64,000 nt of DNA from Actinomycetota bacterium (GTDB taxonomy: Bacteria > Actinomycetota > Acidimicrobiia > Acidimicrobiales > Ilumatobacteraceae). Below the pieces are notes generated by a model that saw nothing but the letters and a program-made list of their open reading frames with translations, was not told the DNA's origin and searched no databases. Position numbers and translations under genes: made by a program. The stretch is from the NCBI GenBank assembly GCA_030685215.1, contig JAUXQB010000278.1, forward strand, positions 2,599 through 66,598. Direction: 5' to 3'. This document shows positions 34,197-43,065 of this stretch, in pieces; position 1 is the stretch's first letter; each line of letters begins with the position of its first letter.

Positions 34197-37100
34197 TCAG
34201 CGCTCGCTGTCGCGAGCGAGCAGTGCGGCGGTGAGGAGCAGCGTGACCACCAGAAGGCCGGGACCGTGCAGCTTCTCCCAGATGCCCGGCCACGCGGCGT
34301 TGGCGGGGTAGCGGCCGGCGAGCTGCCGTTGCACCATCCGGGCTCCGATCGCAGCCACGACGAGCAGTGCGGCCGCGCCCGCCACCGCGAGGCGGCGAGT
34401 GGCGACGATCGCTGCGGCCGGCACCACGGCGACCAGCGCCATGTCGGGCGACACGACCAGCGCGGTGAGCGCCACCAGCACTGCAGCGCTCACCACCGCC
34501 GTTCGCCACGATGTGGGTTGCAGCATCGCTCGGTCGAACGAGGGTGGCGCCGCGGACCACTCCTGGGTCGACCCCCCTGCGTCTGTGCACTCTCGCTCGC
34601 TCGGCGAGCGGAAGTGCTCAGACGCCGAGGTGGAGGTGGGGGCGGGCCGAGGGGAGACGGGGAGCGGGCGCCGGCGGCGACCCACCGCGAGGATCACGCA
34701 CGCGATCACGGCGACGGCCGACAGCACGAGGCCGATGGTCACCGGCAGCTGTGCCTGCCACTCGATCTGCACCACCGTCGGTTGGGTGCTCGGTGGCAGC
34801 CACCATCCGTTGAAGCCGCCACTGATCTGGGTAGGTGCTGCGAGCACGGTGCCGTCGATGGAGGCTTCCCACCCGTCGTTGAGACCCTCGCCCATGATGA
34901 GCCAGCAGCCCTGCGGGCACGCGGCCACGGTGGCCGTGCGGCTGAGCCGGGTGCGGGTGACGTCGACGGTGGGCGCGGCGGTGTAACCCATCATGTCGGT
35001 GCCCGCGGTGTGGTCGAAGCCGGCGGCGCCGTCGTCGAGCACCACCTGGTTCACGTCGATGCCGCCGACCAGTCCGTTGGCAGTCGCGAGCCGGTGCGAC
35101 CCTGCCGTGAGCGCGAGTGGCTCGCAGGTGGCGACGTTGATCGTCTCGCCCGCCGCGATGGCCGCACGATCCGCGGCGGAGATCTGCAGACCGACGGGTC
35201 GTCCGTCGAGGGTGAGCAGATCGGTCGCGCAGTCACCTGCCGCCGGAGGCTCGAGCGTCGCGACTGCGGCGATGGCGGGTGCCGTGATCTCGTGGATGGC
35301 CACTGGCAACGTGGTGACCTCGCCGAAGCGACGGTCGATCGTGGTGCGGGCTTCGATGCCGGTGACGGTGAGCGTGAACGAGTCGCCGACGAGCGCTGCC
35401 GGCAACCGGACGGTGCTGCGACCTTCCGAGTCGGGTGGCGGCACGGGGAGGTCGACGGCCGTGGTGCCGGCCGACCCGACCGAGACCGTGGTGATGATCG
35501 AGTGCTGAGCATCGACGCTCTGCTGCAGCACGAGCTCGGTGAACGGAGCCTCGGCCGCTGCGGTCTGGTCGAGCGGGATGGTGAGCTGCGAGCCGATCGC
35601 GTCGACGAACGGAGAGGTCCACGTCGTCGATGCATCGCCGTCGGCCGCGAACCTGCCCCGCGCCGACGGCACACCGGCGAGCCGCCGATTCGCCGTCGCG
35701 CCGGCCACGCCGTCGAGCGCGTCGAGCACCGCGTCGCCGGCTCGGTCGTTGTGCTGCAGCGTGACCGTGGCGACGAACTCGCCGTCGGCGGGTGTCGTGA
35801 ACTCGCGCTGCAGCGTCGGCTCCGGGTCGCTGCGCCAGCGGTTGCGCGGATCCACGCGTAGCCGGGTGAGCACCACGGCGAACGGAGCGTCGTCGGCGAC
35901 GGGCAGGGCGGTGACCGGCAGGCGCACGATCTCGGTGTGCGTGCCGACTCCCAGTTCGGCGAACCCGACCGCCGACGGACCGGGGTCGGTGCCGCCGACG
36001 CGTGGCGCCACCCCGGTGATGGTGATGGTGACCGCCGCGTCGTCGGGCAGTTCGACCTCCTGGCCGGGTGAGGCCAGCGACCGTTCGTCGAGCACGAGGT
36101 CGATGGGCACCGACGACGTGGCGGTGGTGATGCGCACGGACGAGATCATCCGATTCGCGTTGGTGCCCTGTGGCTGCAGCAGGCGCAGCGAACCCTCGGT
36201 GGCCGACAGGGTGACGAAGTGTCCGATCGGGTTGTCGCGGTCGGCGACCACCCACGCTGTGCTGGTGTCGCCGTCGACGGCCATCGCGGGACGCTGCTCG
36301 GGACGGTAGGCGTACGGTTCGCCGTAGCCGCTGGCACGCACCACCAGCCCACTGTCGAGCGTGGCCACGGTCTGGTCGTCGGAGCGCACGTCGGCCGGGT
36401 CGGCGGCGAACACCGGCAGGCGTTGGTCGCCCTCGTCGAGGCGCAGCACGTCGCTGCCCGCGCCGCCGACCTCCGTGAATCCGTTGACGTCCTGCGAGCT
36501 GCGCCAGTGGTGCGCGCGGTCGCGGTTCGAGTCGGTGAGGATGACGACGGCCCCGCGCAGCTGCTCGCCGGCCACGTCGCCCTCGACGAGGTCGGCCGCG
36601 TAGAGCACCGCCTCGTTGCCGTGGAGGAGGCCCGCACCGGCCGCGTCGATGATGCCGTCGCCGCTGCCCACCAGGATGACGACCTGCTCGCTCGCGCGCA
36701 CGATGGCCACCGGGTCGTCGACGTCGACCAGTTCCACCGGGGCCAGCGGGGTGCCGATGCCGTCGCCGCTGAGCGCGGTCTCGTCGACCATCGGGATGTC
36801 GGCCACGTTGACGGTTGGCTCCCCGTACGCCACCGGCGCGTCGAGCCCATCGGGCCGATCGGCGAAGGTGGCCGACACCTCCTCCGGGCGCGGTGTGCGG
36901 AAGCGGTCGAAGGCGAGGTCGTTGGCCAGCCAGATGGTGTCGACGCCGAGCGCCCGCGCCACGGCCGCGATGGCGTCGGGGTCGAGCGTGTGGTCCTGCA
37001 CGCGGTCGTCGAGCGCGTAGAGCAGGTCCATCACTCCCGGCGAGCCCAGTGGCAGCAGGTCGCGGGTGACGAGCGGCTTGGTGGTGAGACCGGGCAGGGG

Positions 37101-38510
37101 AGGGTCGACCGTGTAGCCCCAGCGGAACGCGCCGAACTCGGAACCCGGCAGCTGCAGCACACGGAACTCGGAGCTGGTGGAGGAGAGCGCGTCGGCCGCG
37201 TCGAGCCAGGCAGCGGGCGGCGACTGGTCGCGCTCGAGGGCAGGGTCGACGATGTTGCCGTCGAACAGGGCCGGCAGGTTCACCAACGCCAACAGCACCA
37301 CCAGCACCGGTGCCAGCATCCGCAGGCGCCAGCGAGTGGCGCCGACCGCGGCGACCAGCGCGCCGGCACCCAGCGCGAGCCCGAAGTTCGACATCGGCAG
37401 TGCCCGCGTGCTGCTGCGGATGGCGAGCGCGAGTGAACTGCGAGAGTTCTCGGCCAGCGGCGACATCAGCGGGGACGCATCGAGGATGGGGTGCACTCCG
37501 ACCGCGAGCACGATGCCGACCAGCACCAGCAGTGCCGCGTACCGCCGCTGCGACCAGCGCGTGACGGCGAGCCCGCCCACGCACACCAGGAGCAAGGCGA
37601 AGCTGACGGCAATGGCGCGGCCGGACTCCATGTAGGTCTGTGACGCCGTGGTGGTGAACGCGTACGGATCGCGCACGTAGAACAGCCAGTACCCCATGCC
37701 GCGCAGCGTCTCGGTCGATGCAGAGGTGAGCGAGGTGGCCTGCAGGCTCTCGCTGAACGCGAGCACGTCGGCGCCGTGGATGCCCTGCGCGCGGAGCATG
37801 AACACCCACCACAGCGAGACGGCCACGGCGAGCCCGCCGATGCGCAGCGCAGCGCCGGTGGCGCGCTGCCACGTGACCGTGCGCTGGGCGATTGCGTGCA
37901 GCAGCCAGAGCACCGGCGCGGGCGCGATCATCATCACCGCGGTGGCGTTGACCGCGCTGCACGACAGCAGCACCAACGCCATCAGCGCGGGATGTCGCCA
38001 GCGGTGGTCGCTGGTGGCGGCACGGATGGTGAGCCCGACCAGCCAGCCGACTGCCGCCCACGGCAGCAGCATCGCACTGGTGCGGGAAGCGTAGGGGAGG
38101 ATGTACGGCGACAGCTGATAGACGACGGCAGCGACCAGCGCTGCCGACTTCGGCAACCCCAGCAGCCGTGAGGCCCAGTACACGCCGAGTGCGGCCAGGA
38201 ACAGCAGCGTGCCCAACCACAGCCGGTGCGCGAGCCAGTCGGGCAGACCGATGGTCTCGCACACCCAGTACCACGGGCCCTGCGGCCACAGGTACGCAAT
38301 GGTCTGGTGCGGCACCCAGCCGCCGAACTGGCGGGTGTCCCAGGTGTAGGGCGCATCGCCGATCAGGCGGCCGGGGTCGAGGTACAGGTACAGCTTGGTG
38401 TCGGCGGTCATCCGGCCGGGCTTGGTGAGCAGCAGCGGGACGTAGGCGATGAGCGCCAGCAGGGCGACGGTCCGTCGTGAGAGACGGGCCGTGAGGCGCC
38501 CGTTGCTCAC
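34197..38510 (-). CDS. aftD: AftD-like alpha-(1->3)-arabinofuranosyltransferase family protein (GT-C, DUF3367-type)
   Basis: GTG 38510 overlaps the upstream stop (GTGA). 'MTADTKLYLYLDPGRLIGDAPYTWDTRQFGGWVPHQTIAYLWPQGPWYW' is the AftD N-terminal signature. The large periplasmic region has two 'DGD(T/A)ST(A/T)W' discoidin/CBM-like motifs, and C-terminal TM helices are present. 1437 aa. Confidence 0.85.
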   Translation of the reverse strand: MSNGRLTARLSRRTVALLALIAYVPLLLTKPGRMTADTKLYLYLDPGRLIGDAPYTWDTRQFGGWVPHQTIAYLWPQGPWYWVCETIGLPDWLAHRLWLGTLLFLAALGVYWASRLLGLPKSAALVAAVVYQLSPYILPYASRTSAMLLPWAAVGWLVGLTIRAATSDHRWRHPALMALVLLSCSAVNATAVMMIAPAPVLWLLHAIAQRTVTWQRATGAALRIGGLAVAVSLWWVFMLRAQGIHGADVLAFSESLQATSLTSASTETLRGMGYWLFYVRDPYAFTTTASQTYMESGRAIAVSFALLLVCVGGLAVTRWSQRRYAALLVLVGIVLAVGVHPILDASPLMSPLAENSRSSLALAIRSSTRALPMSNFGLALGAGALVAAVGATRWRLRMLAPVLVVLLALVNLPALFDGNIVDPALERDQSPPAAWLDAADALSSTSSEFRVLQLPGSEFGAFRWGYTVDPPLPGLTTKPLVTRDLLPLGSPGVMDLLYALDDRVQDHTLDPDAIAAVARALGVDTIWLANDLAFDRFRTPRPEEVSATFADRPDGLDAPVAYGEPTVNVADIPMVDETALSGDGIGTPLAPVELVDVDDPVAIVRASEQVVILVGSGDGIIDAAGAGLLHGNEAVLYAADLVEGDVAGEQLRGAVVILTDSNRDRAHHWRSSQDVNGFTEVGGAGSDVLRLDEGDQRLPVFAADPADVRSDDQTVATLDSGLVVRASGYGEPYAYRPEQRPAMAVDGDTSTAWVVADRDNPIGHFVTLSATEGSLRLLQPQGTNANRMISSVRITTATSSVPIDLVLDERSLASPGQEVELPDDAAVTITITGVAPRVGGTDPGPSAVGFAELGVGTHTEIVRLPVTALPVADDAPFAVVLTRLRVDPRNRWRSDPEPTLQREFTTPADGEFVATVTLQHNDRAGDAVLDALDGVAGATANRRLAGVPSARGRFAADGDASTTWTSPFVDAIGSQLTIPLDQTAAAEAPFTELVLQQSVDAQHSIITTVSVGSAGTTAVDLPVPPPDSEGRSTVRLPAALVGDSFTLTVTGIEARTTIDRRFGEVTTLPVAIHEITAPAIAAVATLEPPAAGDCATDLLTLDGRPVGLQISAADRAAIAAGETINVATCEPLALTAGSHRLATANGLVGGIDVNQVVLDDGAAGFDHTAGTDMMGYTAAPTVDVTRTRLSRTATVAACPQGCWLIMGEGLNDGWEASIDGTVLAAPTQISGGFNGWWLPPSTQPTVVQIEWQAQLPVTIGLVLSAVAVIACVILAVGRRRRPLPVSPRPAPTSTSASEHFRSPSERECTDAGGSTQEWSAAPPSFDRAMLQPTSWRTAVVSAAVLVALTALVVSPDMALVAVVPAAAIVATRRLAVAGAAALLVVAAIGARMVQRQLAGRYPANAAWPGIWEKLHGPGLLVVTLLLTAALLARDSER

Positions 38511-39775
38511 GGAATGGCCCCGAAGACCCCGTAGAGCGCGGTGAGGCCGACCAGTCCTGCCGAGCAGGCGCCGACGACGTACGGCCACCACTCACGCTCG
38601 TGTTCCTCGTTGTGGTCGAACCAGAGTGCCGCGGCGATGAGCAGTGGGAACGCGGTGTACAGGAACCGCGGGCGGGCGGTGACCGTGCTGGGCAGCAGCA
38701 TCAGCAGCAGCACGACGGCGATGTACGCGTTGATCATTGCCGGCAGGCGGTGCTTCCATAGGAAGTAGAGCAGCAGCACCAGAGTGACCACACTGACGGC
38801 GGTGATGGTGTCGCTGGGCGAGGTGAACGGGTGGGTGAAGGCCTTCAGCGTGCGGCGGATGGCGGTGAGCCCGAAGCTGGTGCCTTCGCCCCACGCCTCG
38901 GTCTGCACGCGGAACCAGACACCGCGTTCGCCGGTGTGCCCGTCGAGCCACAGCATGAAGCCGAGGAAGCCGAGCGGCGCCAGCAGGGGAGCGATGAGCG
39001 AGCGCCATTCGCGTCGCTCGCGTATCGCCAGGAACGACGCCACCGCGCACGCGGCGACGAGCGCGACACCGTTCGGGCGCGTGGCGGTGCCGATGGCCGC
39101 CAGGATGCCGGCCAGCAGCCACTGACGGCGCAGCAACAGCAGCATGCACCCAGCTGCCAGCGTGAGCAGCAGTGCTTCCGTGTAGGCGAACGACAGCACG
39201 AAGCTGCCGGGGAACAACGCCATCAGGATCATCGTGCGCTCGCCGATGCGCACGCCGAACAGCTCCCGCGCCAGCAGGCCCGCCAGGAACACCGCGGCAG
39301 CACCGAGCAGCAGGTTGGTGAACACGGCGGCGATGCTGTCGCCGCCGGGCAGCACCCAGTCGACCGCGCGCACGAGCATCGGATAGGTGGGGAAGAACGC
39401 CGCCCTCGCGTCGCTCACCTCGTAGGTGACGTTCGGCTGCACCGTCGTCGGGTAGCCGGAGCGGGCGATGCGCAGGTACCACACGCCGTCCCACGAGGTG
39501 AGCACGTCGAGCATGGGGCGCAGCGCGCTCTTCGGGATGGGCTTGTTGGCGTAGTGCGGGTCCGCGAACGGAGCGTTGGGGAACTCCGCGATGCGCAGGT
39601 TCTCGTCGGCCCTCAGCTCGGCGGCCACGATGGCTGCTCCGATGGCGACGCAGAGGCGGGAGAACAGGTAGACCAGCCCCGCCTTGCGCAGCGCTCGGCG
39701 CCAGGCCAGACGTGCTGCGGTGTGATCGGGTGCGGGGCTGCTGGGGCTGGTGATGGGCGTGGTGGTGGTGGTCAT
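38507..39775 (-). CDS. GT-C membrane glycosyltransferase, PIG-V/GT76-like mannosyltransferase family
   Basis: 'WDGVWYLRIARSGY...AFFPTYPML' is the PIG-V-type first-loop signature. About 9 TM. ATG at 39775. Confidence 0.65.
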   Translation of the reverse strand: MTTTTTPITSPSSPAPDHTAARLAWRRALRKAGLVYLFSRLCVAIGAAIVAAELRADENLRIAEFPNAPFADPHYANKPIPKSALRPMLDVLTSWDGVWYLRIARSGYPTTVQPNVTYEVSDARAAFFPTYPMLVRAVDWVLPGGDSIAAVFTNLLLGAAAVFLAGLLARELFGVRIGERTMILMALFPGSFVLSFAYTEALLLTLAAGCMLLLLRRQWLLAGILAAIGTATRPNGVALVAACAVASFLAIRERREWRSLIAPLLAPLGFLGFMLWLDGHTGERGVWFRVQTEAWGEGTSFGLTAIRRTLKAFTHPFTSPSDTITAVSVVTLVLLLYFLWKHRLPAMINAYIAVVLLLMLLPSTVTARPRFLYTAFPLLIAAALWFDHNEEHEREWWPYVVGACSAGLVGLTALYGVFGAIP

Positions 39776-39825
39776 CGGCGAAGGGCTGGCGTCAGAAACG
39801 AGGGGACGCTAACACCAAGGGTGCG

Positions 39826-40722
39826 TCACCAACGCCTCATGGGCAGGATGCGTTGCCGTGGCCCGAAGGCCGGCGCCCTGTGCCCGGCGGCGAGCAGCAG
39901 CTTGACCACCCGGCCGCGCTGGCCGGTGTAGGGGGCGAGCAGCGCCAGCATCTCGTCGTCGGTGCCACGCGGGCGCCCGGTGAGCGCGTGCGTGACGATG
40001 TTCTTGAGGTGGAAGTCGCCCACCGCCACCGCGTCGGGGTCGCCGAGGGCGGTGCCGAGCACGGAGCCCGTGGTCCACTGGCCGATGCCGGTGAGCAGGT
40101 GCAGCTTCGCTGCCGCCTCGCTGGGCGGCAGTTGCGCCCACTCGAACAGTCGCGCCGCGTGGCGCGCCACCTGGTGCAGCGGTGTGACGCGCTTGCCCTC
40201 GATGCCGAGCGGATGGAACCACCATCGCGGCTGATCGAGCAGCGCCTGCGGCGACGGTGGCAGCCGCAGCTGCGGGTGGGGCCCGGGGGCGGGTTCACCC
40301 AGCCGGCGCACGAGCCGGTGCCACTGTGCGATGGCCTCGCCGGCGGTGATCCGTTGCGCCAGGATGGTGGGCAGCAGCTCGTGGTACAGCGTGCCGCTGG
40401 CGCCGAAGCGCAGGTGCGGGTGGTCGCGCTGCGCGGCGACGATGTGCGGGTGCGCGTCGGTGAACATGTGCCCTTCGTCGAACGCGCCGGTGAGGGCCGG
40501 TACGCCGGCGAGCAACCAGTCGCCGCCCGGCCCCCAGGCTGCTGCCCGCAGCTCGCCCGTGCTCCAGTCGAGGTGCAGCGTGCCGGGTCCGTCGGGTGTG
40601 AACGTGGCCCGCCAGAAGTCGCCGGGGCCGAGCGTCGTGGTGAGGTCGCCGGCGCCGAACCGGTAGCCGGCGAGCACTCCTCTCACCGCCGCCGTGGCGA
40701 CTGGCGGCGACGCGGCGGGCAT
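39826..40722 (-). CDS. DNA-3-methyladenine glycosylase II-like (HhH-GPD superfamily)
   Basis: 'LPTILAQRITAGEA', HhH 'LLTGIGQWTTGSVL' and catalytic-Asp region 'GDPDAVAVGDFHL'. ATG 40722 is preferred (a TACGCT hexamer lies 6 nt upstream) over 40773. Confidence 0.75.
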   Translation of the reverse strand: MPAASPPVATAAVRGVLAGYRFGAGDLTTTLGPGDFWRATFTPDGPGTLHLDWSTGELRAAAWGPGGDWLLAGVPALTGAFDEGHMFTDAHPHIVAAQRDHPHLRFGASGTLYHELLPTILAQRITAGEAIAQWHRLVRRLGEPAPGPHPQLRLPPSPQALLDQPRWWFHPLGIEGKRVTPLHQVARHAARLFEWAQLPPSEAAAKLHLLTGIGQWTTGSVLGTALGDPDAVAVGDFHLKNIVTHALTGRPRGTDDEMLALLAPYTGQRGRVVKLLLAAGHRAPAFGPRQRILPMRRW

Positions 40723-40728
40723 CGCGTG

Positions 40729-40734
40729 AGCGTA
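40729..40734 (-). promoter_or_regulatory. -10-like hexamer TACGCT, 6 nt upstream of ATG 40722
   Basis: TANNNT on the minus strand. Confidence 0.4.
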
Positions 40735-40771
40735 ACTCGTCGTCGCGGTCGCGGATCGGACAGCATGGGGC

Positions 40772-41575
40772 ATGGCTGTCATCGACCGCACCGCGCCCGC
40801 CGAGGGCATCGTGCAACTCACGCTCAATCGTCCCTCCGCGCTCAACGCGATGACTGCGGAACTGGTCGAGTCGTTGCACCAGCACCTCCGCGAGATCGCA
40901 GTCGATCCGGCGGCGCGCGTGGTCATCCTCACCGGCTCCGGTCGTGGGTTCTGCGCCGGTCTCGACCTGCGCGGGTACGGCACTGCGCCGCACACCGAGC
41001 ACCTCGGCCGCACGCAGGCAGGGTTCGCGGTGCAGCAGCACATCGCGTCGCTCATCCCAGCGCTGCGGTCGCTGCCGCAGCCGGTGATCGCCGCGGTGAA
41101 CGGCCCGGCGGCCGGCGGCGGGTTCGCGCTGGTGCTCAGCTCCGACGTGCGCCTGGCTGCGCGCTCGGCGAAGTTCAACGCGGCGTTCATCCGTATCGGT
41201 CTCTCCGCCTGCGACATCGGCACCAGCTGGCTGTTGCCGCGCCTGGTCGGGGTGGCGCGTGCACAGGAACTGATGCTCACCGGCCGCGTGTTCGACGCCG
41301 AGGAGGCCTACCGCATCGGGCTGGTGGTGGAGCTGCTCGACGACGACGCGCTGCTCGAAGCCGCGATGGAGAAGGCGCACGAGATCATGAAGAACACGCC
41401 GTTCGGCGTGGCGCTCACCAAGCAGGGCATGTGGGGTGCGCTGGAGATCCCGGCGTTGCAGAACGCGATCGACCTGGAGAACCGTCAGCAGATCATGGCC
41501 AGCGCCACCGCCGACCATCGCGAGGCGATGGCCGCGTTCCTCGAGAAGCGCCCGCCGAACTACACCAACAGCTGA
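40772..41575 (+). CDS. enoyl-CoA hydratase/isomerase (crotonase) family
   Basis: 'LNRPSALNAM', 'VILTGSGRGFCAGLDL', 'PVIAAVNGPAAGGGFAL' are crotonase-fold signatures. 267 aa. Confidence 0.88.
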   Translation: MAVIDRTAPAEGIVQLTLNRPSALNAMTAELVESLHQHLREIAVDPAARVVILTGSGRGFCAGLDLRGYGTAPHTEHLGRTQAGFAVQQHIASLIPALRSLPQPVIAAVNGPAAGGGFALVLSSDVRLAARSAKFNAAFIRIGLSACDIGTSWLLPRLVGVARAQELMLTGRVFDAEEAYRIGLVVELLDDDALLEAAMEKAHEIMKNTPFGVALTKQGMWGALEIPALQNAIDLENRQQIMASATADHREAMAAFLEKRPPNYTNS

Positions 41576-41691
41576 GTCCGGCTGCCCGCTCCGCGTCGGG
41601 CCGAACGAACCCTGGCTCTCCTCACGTTTGTGTGGGTGACCGGCGGTTGCCGTCGGGTGCGGCGCACCATTGGCTGCATGGTTCTCTCAGC

Positions 41692-41738
41692 TCAGCGACA
41701 ACTTCTCCTGCACTTGGTGCAGGGAACGTTGTCGCTGA
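41692..41738. other. long imperfect hairpin (11 bp + 4x4 internal loop + 7 bp) in a 467-nt convergent intergenic region
   Basis: TCAGCGACAAC-TTCT-CCTGCAC-TTG-GTGCAGG-GAAC-GTTGTCGCTGA. Locally AT-richer than its surroundings. Confidence 0.6.
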
Positions 41739-41837
41739 CCGAAACGATGTGCCATGAGCTGGACTGCCCGACCCGACGCCGGGGCCGAGGCAAGCCACAG
41801 CGGTGACCGGCGCGGTTCGGGCGCCGCACGCGAGGTG

Positions 41838-41930
41838 CCATCTCCTTCCGAGTGCCAGCCGCCCATCCGAGTGCCAGCCGACCATGCGAGTGGCAGACGC
41901 ACCCCCGTCGGGACGCTCCCACTCGGATGG
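41838..41930. repeat. structured intergenic repeat, copy 2
   Basis: Units end in '...CCGAGTGCCAG' (41838-41857, degenerate), 'CCATCCGAGTG' (41863-41873) and 'CCATGCGAGTG' (41882-41892). The inverted arm 'CACTCGGATGG' is at 41920-41930. The 27-nt spacer matches copy 1 at 23 of 27 positions. Confidence 0.85.
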
Positions 41931-42042
41931 ACCGCCACCGACGCCGCACGCGCTCCACGAGTACGCGGCGAGGTCGGACGGCTGAGCGTCGCATGCCCAC
42001 GGACATGCGTTGGCGGCAACGGGGCGAACGTCGAGGTCGGCG

Positions 42043-43065
42043 TCAGGCGCGCACGGCGACGGGGGCGTCGCCACCGACGAGCGGGTGGTGACAGGCAACG
42101 AAGTGGCTGGTGGCGATCTCGCGCAGCTGCGGCTCCTCGCTGCGGCAGCGATCGTCGGCGGCAGGGCAGCGCGGGTTGAACCGGCAGCCGGGCGGCGGCA
42201 GCACCGGTGACGGCGGTTCGCCTTCGATGGCCACCTGATGCACGGCGATCTCGGGGTCGGGCACCGGGATGGAGTCGAGCAGCACCTTCGTGTAGTGGTG
42301 TGCCGGCGATGCGTAGAGATCGTCTGACGAGGCCACTTCGCAGATCTTGCCGAGGTACATCACCTGGATGCGGTCGCTGATGTTCTTCACCACGGCCAGG
42401 TCGTGCGCGATGAAGACCAGGGTGAGGCCGAACTTGGCCTTCAGGTCTTCCAGCAGGTTGAGCACCTGCGCCTGCACGCTCACGTCGAGTGCGCTGACCG
42501 GCTCGTCGCAGATGATGAGCGTGGGGTCGAGCACCAGCGAACGCGCGATGGAGATGCGCTGGCACTGGCCGCCGGAGAACTGGTGAGCTTGGCTCTCGGC
42601 CGCGCGCTGCGGGTCGATGCCCACTTCTTCGAGCAACGCGTCGACCTTGGCGAGCTGCTCCTCCTTGCCACCGCGCTTCCAGATGGCGAGCGGCTCGCGG
42701 ACGATGTCGCGCACCTTGCGCCGCGGGTTGAGCGACGAGATCGGGTCCTGGAAGATCATCTGCATGCGGGTGCGAGCCGCGCGCATCTGATCGGGGGGCA
42801 GCGCGGTGAGCTCGGTGCCTTCGAACATCACCGAACCGCTGGTGGGCCGCGGCAGCATCATCAGCGCCTTGCCGGTGGTGCTCTTGCCGCAACCGCTCTC
42901 GCCGACGACGCCGAGGGTCTCGCCGCGCAGCACGTCGAAGCTGATGCCACTGACTGCGTGCACCACCAGACCGGTGCGGCCGACGGGGAACTCCATGACC
43001 AGGTCTTCCACTCGCAGCAACACATCGGGCGAGTCGCGCAGGTGCGCCTTGCCGGTACCCGCCAT
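42043..43065 (-). CDS. oligopeptide/dipeptide ABC transporter ATP-binding protein (OppF/DppF-like)
   Basis: Walker A 'GESGCGKST', signature 'FSGGQCQR', Walker B 'LIICDEP', C-terminal 'GCRFNPRCP' oligopeptide-type tail. The ATG shares one base with the upstream stop. Confidence 0.9.
   Translation of the reverse strand: MAGTGKAHLRDSPDVLLRVEDLVMEFPVGRTGLVVHAVSGISFDVLRGETLGVVGESGCGKSTTGKALMMLPRPTSGSVMFEGTELTALPPDQMRAARTRMQMIFQDPISSLNPRRKVRDIVREPLAIWKRGGKEEQLAKVDALLEEVGIDPQRAAESQAHQFSGGQCQRISIARSLVLDPTLIICDEPVSALDVSVQAQVLNLLEDLKAKFGLTLVFIAHDLAVVKNISDRIQVMYLGKICEVASSDDLYASPAHHYTKVLLDSIPVPDPEIAVHQVAIEGEPPSPVLPPPGCRFNPRCPAADDRCRSEEPQLREIATSHFVACHHPLVGGDAPVAVRA

Noticed and set aside
35233-38595. 1120-aa ORF overlapping the aftD-like gene on the same strand
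   Set aside because: It is an alternative frame of a gene whose own frame has clear AftD motifs. The product is Arg/Pro/Gly-rich with no recognisable domain.
39853-41757. 634-aa plus-strand ORF
   Set aside because: It is antisense to the AlkA-like gene and then out of frame across echA. Its composition is Arg/Gly/Ala-rich and it has no motifs.
41808-41826. Hairpin CGGCGC-GGTTCGG-GCGCCG resembling a tRNA T-arm, in the long intergenic region
   Set aside because: No acceptor stem, D-arm or anticodon arm can be built around it, so no tRNA is called. I recognised no tRNA, rRNA or known riboswitch anywhere in the window.
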